From positions 1 to 24,035 of the IMG/VR virus record IMGVR_UViG_3300034101_003000: a DNA stretch of 24,035 nucleotides, one strand, 5' to 3'. Positions 18,007-24,035 of this stretch are shown piece after piece (position 1 is the first letter of the stretch; every line of letters begins with the position of its first letter). A program made the position numbers and the translations under genes. This DNA comes from a virus. Its lineage: Duplodnaviria; Caudoviricetes. Below the pieces are notes generated by a model. That model had not been told where the DNA came from. It saw only the letters and a program-made list of their open reading frames with translations, and ran no database searches.

Positions 18007-20190
18007 ATGGCAAAAACTCGCAAAAAGTTACTATATGTTGCTCCCCATTTATCCACCGGCGGACAACCTCAATACCTGTATAAACAAATACAAGAATTCA
18101 TTAAGGATTTTGATATTGAAGTAGTAGAAATAAATAATAGTGGTGGTAATGCATTTGTAGTTCAAAAAAATAGAATTAAATCCCTAGCAGTAGTTCATAC
18201 TTTGGGAGAAGATAAATCAGAAATACTAAATGTAATTGAAGGATTTAAACCTGATATCATACACTTTCAGGAAATACCACAATTTGATTTACCTACATAT
18301 ATTTTAGATACTATTTTTAGAAAAGATAGAAACTATTTTATTATAGCAAGTACACATGGTTCACTAACAAATCCTGCTGAAATTGTATATCAGCCCGATA
18401 AATATATTTTGGTTTCTAAGTGGAGTAAGAAAAAATTTGAAGATGCTGAATTAGGAGTTCCGTTAGATATATGGGAATATCCTATTGAAGATTATGTATT
18501 TGATAAAGAAGCAGCACAAAAAGAATTAGAATTAGACCCAACTTGGAAGCATGTACTTAATGTTGGGTTATTTGCACCTGGTAAAAATCAAGGTGAAATA
18601 TTTGCAATAGCAAGACAATTGGAAAAGTATAAAATCAAATTTCATTTTGTAGGAAACCAAGCTATGAACTTTGAAGATTATTGGTTACCTTTAATGAAAC
18701 ATAAACCTGATAATTGTGTGATATGGGGTGAGAGAGATGATGTTCATACATTTTATGAGGCAGTGGATATGTTTTACTTTGCATCAAAAATTGAGTTGAA
18801 CCCACTTTCAGTTAAGGAAGCACTTTCATATAAATTACCATCTGTATTTAGAAAATTAGAAACTTATTTAGATACATACGATAATAATCCATTAGTACAA
18901 TATATTGATGATGATTTAAAAATTACAAAAAGATTAATTTTACAAACATTAAAACCTGAAGTATTTGAAATACCAGGTTGGTTTGCATATGAGGATTTAT
19001 ATAATAATGTTGTTGAAAAAGCTCCATTTGATGCAAACTTTGTTGAGGTTGGTGCTTGGTTTGGCAAATCTACAAATTATTTAGCAAGTAAAATTAGAGA
19101 ATCTAAAAAGAATATTAACTTTACAACAATTGATACTTGGAAAGGAACTGATGATGAACAATTACATCAAAATATTGTTGGAGCATTTAGTGGAGATATA
19201 TTTTATGAATTCATAGATAATACTGTACTATCAAACAATTATGGTACGTTTAATATGATTAAAGACACATCTCATAATGCAGCTAATCAATTCCAAAATA
19301 GTAGTATTGATTTCATAATGATAGATGCTGGGCATTCATATGAATCATTAATGGAAGATTTAAAAGTTTGGTATAATAAAGTAAAGCCAGGTGGTATTAT
19401 TAGTGGAGATGATTATGGTGTATTTGACGGAGTTACTAGAGCAGCAGATGAATACTTTTACGGACAATTCAGTAGAGGATTTAGAAACTTTATTAGAACA
19501 AAACCACGTATTCAAATTAAGCATTTATTAACTCGTCCTGAAGATATGAGAGAAAGGGTTAGTATTCAATCTATAAAGCAATTAGAAAAATATGGTATTG
19601 ATTATCAGCCAATCGTAAATAAACCATACGAAGGATTCCCACCTGCAGAAAATTGTAGAAGGCCTGAACATCTTAGTAAAGATAATAAGCCAGGTGAATT
19701 ATATCCTGGTGCTGGATTGGGTTGGATAACTGGTAGACACTACGGATGTTATATGGCACATAGAGGAGCATTGGAAACAATTGATGAAACCAATTATGAT
19801 TATACATTAATATTTGAAGCAGATGCTTTCATTTATACTGGATTGGAAGAATTTGTTGAGATAGTTAATAGAGCATGTTTTATGGCAGAAAGAGAAGGAG
19901 CATACTTTGTTTCATTTGCAGATAATCCATCTAGAGGTAAAGAAAAAATGGATGAGTTATTTTCAAAAACAGCAGCAAACCAAGACCTTGCTCATTGTTA
20001 CCTAATTCCAAATAAAACAAAAAGCTGGTGGATGGATAGGTTAGTGGATTGTGGATGGGATGTAGGTGACCTTTGGTTTAATCATGTATTTCACAATCAC
20101 CCTAAATTGAGAGTTACTACAAATAAAGTATATAGTAAGCAAGCAGAGGGATATTCTCTATTAGATGAAACAGTTAAAACTTGGAGTTAA
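18007..20190 (+). CDS. fusion of GT4-type (GT-B) glycosyltransferase, class I SAM methyltransferase and GT25-like (GT-A) glycosyltransferase
   Basis: GT4 part: PHLSTGG, VGLFAPGKNQ, ELNPLSVKEA. Methyltransferase (about 18967-19500): VEVGAWFGKST, IDAGHSYE, PGGIISGDDY. GT25-like part (19501 to end): GCYMAH, LIFEADA, AHCYLI. Confidence 0.82.
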   Translation: MAKTRKKLLYVAPHLSTGGQPQYLYKQIQEFIKDFDIEVVEINNSGGNAFVVQKNRIKSLAVVHTLGEDKSEILNVIEGFKPDIIHFQEIPQFDLPTYILDTIFRKDRNYFIIASTHGSLTNPAEIVYQPDKYILVSKWSKKKFEDAELGVPLDIWEYPIEDYVFDKEAAQKELELDPTWKHVLNVGLFAPGKNQGEIFAIARQLEKYKIKFHFVGNQAMNFEDYWLPLMKHKPDNCVIWGERDDVHTFYEAVDMFYFASKIELNPLSVKEALSYKLPSVFRKLETYLDTYDNNPLVQYIDDDLKITKRLILQTLKPEVFEIPGWFAYEDLYNNVVEKAPFDANFVEVGAWFGKSTNYLASKIRESKKNINFTTIDTWKGTDDEQLHQNIVGAFSGDIFYEFIDNTVLSNNYGTFNMIKDTSHNAANQFQNSSIDFIMIDAGHSYESLMEDLKVWYNKVKPGGIISGDDYGVFDGVTRAADEYFYGQFSRGFRNFIRTKPRIQIKHLLTRPEDMRERVSIQSIKQLEKYGIDYQPIVNKPYEGFPPAENCRRPEHLSKDNKPGELYPGAGLGWITGRHYGCYMAHRGALETIDETNYDYTLIFEADAFIYTGLEEFVEIVNRACFMAEREGAYFVSFADNPSRGKEKMDELFSKTAANQDLAHCYLIPNKTKSWWMDRLVDCGWDVGDLWFNHVFHNHPKLRVTTNKVYSKQAEGYSLLDETVKTWS

Positions 20191-21338
20191 TGATTTATAA
20201 TAATTTAAAGAAAAACGAAAACAATATAGTAGAGGTTAAGAATAGATTAATCCTACATTTTATAAGAGGACCTTATGTTGAAATAGTAGGACCTAAATCC
20301 GCTCAATATAAAATAAAATTTATTGATAACAAAACCAATAAAGTTTTTTATGAAAATACAATAGGTACAAATTGTTGGTGTAAATGTGGTATTGAATATT
20401 TCGTTGAATGGAGAGTTGAGATATATGAAGATGGCAAATTATGGCACGAATCGGTATTTAATGCAAAAGGTAAAAGAGTTTATATTGCATTGGATTCAAA
20501 AGCCTTGGGTGATAGTTTAGCATGGTTTCCATATGTAGAGGAGTTTAGAAAAAAGCATGAGTGTGAGTTAGTTGTATCTACATTTATGAATGATATGTTT
20601 ATGGATAACTATTCTAATATTGAATATGCAAATCCTGGTAGTGAGGTTCATAATTTATATTCAATGTATACGGTGGGGTTGTATTATAACGATGATAATT
20701 CTATAAACGGACTCAAAAATCCAACAGACCCAAAATCAGTTACATTACAAAAAATGTGTACGGATATTTTAGGATTGGAATACGAAGAAATAAAACCAAA
20801 AATAAAACAAAGACCTGTTAAACAAGACCACGACCTAAAACAGGTGTGTATTGGTATATTTGGAACTGCTCAATCTAAATTTTGGAATAATCCAAATGGA
20901 TGGCAGGATGTAGTTAATTGGTTAAAAGATAGGGGGTATGTAGTTAGATTAATATCCAAAGAGGGTGATGATTATATGGGAAATAAATTACCAACAGGAA
21001 TTATTAAACATCCAAACGGACCTATTGAATTGGTTATGGATGAATTAAAAAAATCCAAAGCATTTATTGGAATTGGTAGTGGATTGAGTTGGTTGAGTTG
21101 GTCATTAGATGTTCCAACTGTATTGATTAGTGGGTTCTCATATGATTGGGCTGAGATGAAAGATTGTATAAGAATTGCAGCACCAAAAGGAAAATGCGAA
21201 GGATGCTTTAATAGAGTTAGATTAGATGGTGGTGATTGGAATTGGTGTCCGGACCACAAAGGAACTGATAGGCAGTTTGAATGTACCAAATCAATATCAT
21301 CTATTCAGGTAATAAAAGAATTGGAAAAATTCTTATAG
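20190..21338 (+). CDS. autotransporter O-heptosyltransferase-like protein (Aah/TibC, BAHT family; GT9-related)
   Basis: ALGDSLAWFPY, QSKFWNNPNGW, FIGIGSGLSWLSW, VLISGFS and four-Cys motif CEGC...WCPDH...FEC (Cys codons 21195, 21204, 21246, 21282). The start is most likely ATG 20190, overlapping the upstream TAA (TAATG). Confidence 0.85.
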   Translation: MIYNNLKKNENNIVEVKNRLILHFIRGPYVEIVGPKSAQYKIKFIDNKTNKVFYENTIGTNCWCKCGIEYFVEWRVEIYEDGKLWHESVFNAKGKRVYIALDSKALGDSLAWFPYVEEFRKKHECELVVSTFMNDMFMDNYSNIEYANPGSEVHNLYSMYTVGLYYNDDNSINGLKNPTDPKSVTLQKMCTDILGLEYEEIKPKIKQRPVKQDHDLKQVCIGIFGTAQSKFWNNPNGWQDVVNWLKDRGYVVRLISKEGDDYMGNKLPTGIIKHPNGPIELVMDELKKSKAFIGIGSGLSWLSWSLDVPTVLISGFSYDWAEMKDCIRIAAPKGKCEGCFNRVRLDGGDWNWCPDHKGTDRQFECTKSISSIQVIKELEKFL

Positions 21339-21353
21339 AAATTAAAAAACAAT

Positions 21354-21362
21354 ATACTTATA
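21354..21362 (+). promoter_or_regulatory. putative late promoter variant ATACTTATA
   Basis: TACTTATA 21355-21362, one mismatch from the motif, before ATG 21388. Confidence 0.45.
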
Positions 21363-21387
21363 TATATAAACAACAAAAAACAAATTT

Positions 21388-21780
21388 ATGGCAGAATTAG
21401 ATAAAATTCCACAAAAGCAAACAATAGAAATCGAAACAGCTAAGTTAGATGAAAACTTGTATAATACTATTTTGGAATTACAACAAAAATCAAATCTTTA
21501 CATAGCTGATTTTGGACAAATCTATGTTAGAAAAAAAGAAATAGAAGATGAGATGTTAAGATTGAATGAATTAGCCGAAAAAATGGAAGATGAATTCAAA
21601 TTAACAAATCAACAACTTAAAGAATTGGTGGATTCATTGGATGATAAGTACCCTCAAGGTAGAATAAATCTAAAGGATGGTACTGTACAATATCAACCAG
21701 GTGCACCGACTAGAAAGCAACTTGCTGAGCAACAAGCTCAACAAGCACAATCTGGTGGTATGAAAGTTGTAAAAGAATAA
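21388..21780 (+). CDS. small coiled-coil protein (paralog of 17667..17951)
   Basis: Central FGQ, YPQGRINLKDGTV and a Gln-rich tail. Confidence 0.75.
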   Translation: MAELDKIPQKQTIEIETAKLDENLYNTILELQQKSNLYIADFGQIYVRKKEIEDEMLRLNELAEKMEDEFKLTNQQLKELVDSLDDKYPQGRINLKDGTVQYQPGAPTRKQLAEQQAQQAQSGGMKVVKE

Positions 21781-21786
21781 TATCCA

Positions 21787-21795
21787 ATATTTATA
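21787..21795 (+). promoter_or_regulatory. putative late promoter ATATTTATA
   Basis: TATTTATA 21788-21795 before ATG 21812. Confidence 0.65.
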
Positions 21796-21811
21796 TAGCA
21801 AGAACTATGTA

Positions 21812-24035
21812 ATGAACGGATTATCAAACTTTTTAGTAGAAACAATATTGGGAGAAGCGGCTAAGATAGACAAAGTAGTTGTTGTCTATTCGGGCCGCTT
21901 TCAACCATTTCATAAGGGGCACTACGCAACTTATGATAATTTAGTACGCAAATTCGGTAAGGATAGTGTATATATCGGAACTTCTAATGTTACCGATTCA
22001 AAGAAATCTCCATTTAATTTTAAGGAAAAGAAAGCAATAATGATGCAGATGTTTGGTATTCCATCAAACAAAATAGTCAATATTAAAAATCCTTATACAC
22101 CTGAAGAAATACTAAAAAAGTATGATGAAAATACAACTGGTTTAATAGTTGTAGTTGGTGAGAAAGACCAAAATAGATTAAGTGGTAAATATTTCACTCC
22201 ATATAAAGGAAAGGTAACTGAACCTTATTTAGATAAAGGATATGTGTACGCTTCTCCAGCAACAGCAAATCCTATTAGTGGTACTGATGTCCGTTATTGG
22301 TTAAGTGCTGGAAGTGCAGCTGATAGAAAGAAAAACTTTACAAAAGCTTATCCAAAATTTGATGAACAAATATTCAAATTAATTACTCTTAAGTTAAAGA
22401 GTTTAAAAGAATATATTAACGAAGAAATTAAACTAAATGTAAAAGTTGGTGATACTCTATTGATGGGTAAATTCAAAAACAAAAAAGTACTTGTTAAATC
22501 AATAGGTGAAGATGAATGGGGAATGCCAACAATCAATGGTAAAAAAGCAGTAACATTCAGAATACCTAAAAAAGAAAATTTAAAAGAAACCGCATCTAAT
22601 AGTGGATTTAGAGGACAGGATGAACCAGATACATCATTCGTAGCAGATGGACAGCCAAGAATATTAAACACAGCTAAGCCTGAAAATTGGTACGCTCAAG
22701 GTGGATATACTCAAATGGATACTCCAAAAGCTGACGCTATGAGAGGTAGAGGTAAAACAAAAGATACTGAAACGCAATTCAGAAAAGCATATTATAAAGT
22801 TAAGAATGTAGTTCAAAGTACATTGAATCCAGCCGATGACCCATTTAAGGTAGAAGACTGGCAAGATGCATATAGAGAAAATCCTAACGAAAAACCTAAA
22901 AGATTCTGGGAACTTCCTAAAAATCAAAAACCACAAATAATTTCAAACGAAGATATAAATGAAATTATAGATGAAATGGAGTCCGAAATATTAGATGAAA
23001 TGGGATTGCCTGGTGGAGCTGGTGTAGGATTATCTTTACCTGGTGGATATATTAATGGTGCACCAAATCCAAAAGATGCTAAGAAATTAAAATCTAAATT
23101 GGATGGTGACGGTAGTGAAGAATATACTAAAGTAAAAGAAGTAACTACTGTAAAAAATCACGTACCTGTTGATGCTAGTGGAGCAGATGATGATTTTAAT
23201 AACCATCATAAAGGCGGAATGTACACACCTGATTGGGGTTATGGTGCAGAATTAGATACAATTGATTTTGATGATGATAGAGAAAATGAACCAGGTTATC
23301 AAAGTGATACAAAAGATACTCAAAAGAAAGGATACGAACCTGTAAAAGAAATAGCTGTTCAAACTGATAAAATACCTGGTGGTTTAGCAAAAGGTAAAAC
23401 CCTAGTTGATTTAGCTAAGAAATATGATGAGAAAGGATACTATGACCCAAAACAATTTGCAGCAGAATATATCAAACCTAAATTAATAAAAGGTATTAAA
23501 GTTGAAATGGAACATACAACTGATGTTCGTATTGCAACTGAAATAGCTATGGACCATTTGTGGGAAGATATCAACTATTATGAAAAGCTAGCTAAAATAG
23601 AAAAGCCAACAAACGAATCAATCCTATTAGAAGGTGGAGCTTATGGACATATGGCACATCCATTTGATATTGAAATGGGTTTAACATTTGGTGATTTGAA
23701 ACAAATTGTGGTAAGAGCGTTAAATGGTGATTTGGAATTAGCAAGAGAGAAGACTGATGGACAGGCATTGGCAGTTAGTTGGGTAAATGGTAGATTAGTT
23801 GCAGCTCGTAACAAATCACACTTAAAGAACAAAGGAGCTGGTGCTATGACAATAGGACAGGTAGCAGATAAGTTTGCTGGTAGAGGTGGTTTAACTGATG
23901 CATACAACTTCGCTATGCAAGATTTATCTAAAGCAATTGCAGCTCTATCAGAACCTCAACGTAAGAAGATATTTAAGGATGGTAGTTCGTTTATGAACTT
24001 GGAAGTAATATATCCAACGTCTGTAAATGTAATCC
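21812..24035 (+). CDS. 3'-truncated multidomain protein (>741 aa): HxGH nucleotidyltransferase + small modules + DUF5661-like + KxDG ligase-like domain (absent from the ORF track)
   Basis: Translated by hand with no stop to the window end. Motifs: GRFQPFHKGH (21893-21922), ISGTDVR (22274-22294), GIKVEMEH...IAMDHL.ED..YY (from 23492), GGAYGHMAHPFD (from 23633), EKTDG (23747-23761). Confidence 0.9.
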   Translation, partial: MNGLSNFLVETILGEAAKIDKVVVVYSGRFQPFHKGHYATYDNLVRKFGKDSVYIGTSNVTDSKKSPFNFKEKKAIMMQMFGIPSNKIVNIKNPYTPEEILKKYDENTTGLIVVVGEKDQNRLSGKYFTPYKGKVTEPYLDKGYVYASPATANPISGTDVRYWLSAGSAADRKKNFTKAYPKFDEQIFKLITLKLKSLKEYINEEIKLNVKVGDTLLMGKFKNKKVLVKSIGEDEWGMPTINGKKAVTFRIPKKENLKETASNSGFRGQDEPDTSFVADGQPRILNTAKPENWYAQGGYTQMDTPKADAMRGRGKTKDTETQFRKAYYKVKNVVQSTLNPADDPFKVEDWQDAYRENPNEKPKRFWELPKNQKPQIISNEDINEIIDEMESEILDEMGLPGGAGVGLSLPGGYINGAPNPKDAKKLKSKLDGDGSEEYTKVKEVTTVKNHVPVDASGADDDFNNHHKGGMYTPDWGYGAELDTIDFDDDRENEPGYQSDTKDTQKKGYEPVKEIAVQTDKIPGGLAKGKTLVDLAKKYDEKGYYDPKQFAAEYIKPKLIKGIKVEMEHTTDVRIATEIAMDHLWEDINYYEKLAKIEKPTNESILLEGGAYGHMAHPFDIEMGLTFGDLKQIVVRALNGDLELAREKTDGQALAVSWVNGRLVAARNKSHLKNKGAGAMTIGQVADKFAGRGGLTDAYNFAMQDLSKAIAALSEPQRKKIFKDGSSFMNLEVIYPTSVNVI

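Noticed and set aside
20181-20189. TTG start for the heptosyltransferase-like gene
   Set aside because: The in-frame ATG 20190 overlapping the upstream stop (TAATG) is more plausible.
1844-21289. Other short minus-strand ORFs in the track and the nested + ORF 16772..16966
   Set aside because: They overlap well-supported genes and have no recognisable motifs.
22348-23907. Four minus-strand ORFs (22348, 22664, 23196, 23641)
   Set aside because: All lie antisense to the uninterrupted, motif-bearing + strand ORF starting at 21812.
1-24035. Stop-codon recoding (TAG or TGA reassigned)
   Set aside because: Long ORFs are intact in code 11. TAG (21336-21338; 8684-8686 on minus) and TGA (5505-5507) fall at sensible gene ends.
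1-24035. tRNA, CRISPR array, DGR template/variable repeats, invertible fibre cassette
   Set aside because: Intergenic gaps are all under about 85 nt. I saw no repeat arrays, reverse transcriptase or recombinase by eye, though a distant template repeat outside the window cannot be excluded.

Overview
This is a strongly AT-rich, gene-dense, almost entirely + strand segment of a large tailed dsDNA phage using the standard genetic code. The host is probably a Bacteroidota: there are two perfect TTTG-N20-TATATTTG promoters and A-rich leaders without Shine-Dalgarno sites. Gene order is: baseplate/tail-associated structural genes, a GIY-YIG nuclease, a DNA primase, a natural Mre11-Rad50 (SbcD-SbcC) fusion, an unannotated minus-strand ribbon-helix-helix gene, a 2765-aa tail fibre with an internal 135-aa Hint domain, and a tail-fibre chaperone. 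Next comes a glycosylation cassette (GT4-methyltransferase-GT25-like fusion plus an Aah/TibC-type protein O-heptosyltransferase) bracketed by two paralogous coiled-coil genes. The window ends in a >741-aa ORF missing from the track: an HxGH nucleotidyltransferase, several small modules and a KxDG ligase-like domain, joined by candidate prohead-protease (L/I/V-x-E) linkers. The best candidate new biology is virion-protein glycosylation with a possible [ST][GA]S sequon, Hint-mediated processing of the fibre tip, and a capsid-packaged, protease-cut polyprotein. All family assignments are from motif recognition by eye, not database searches.
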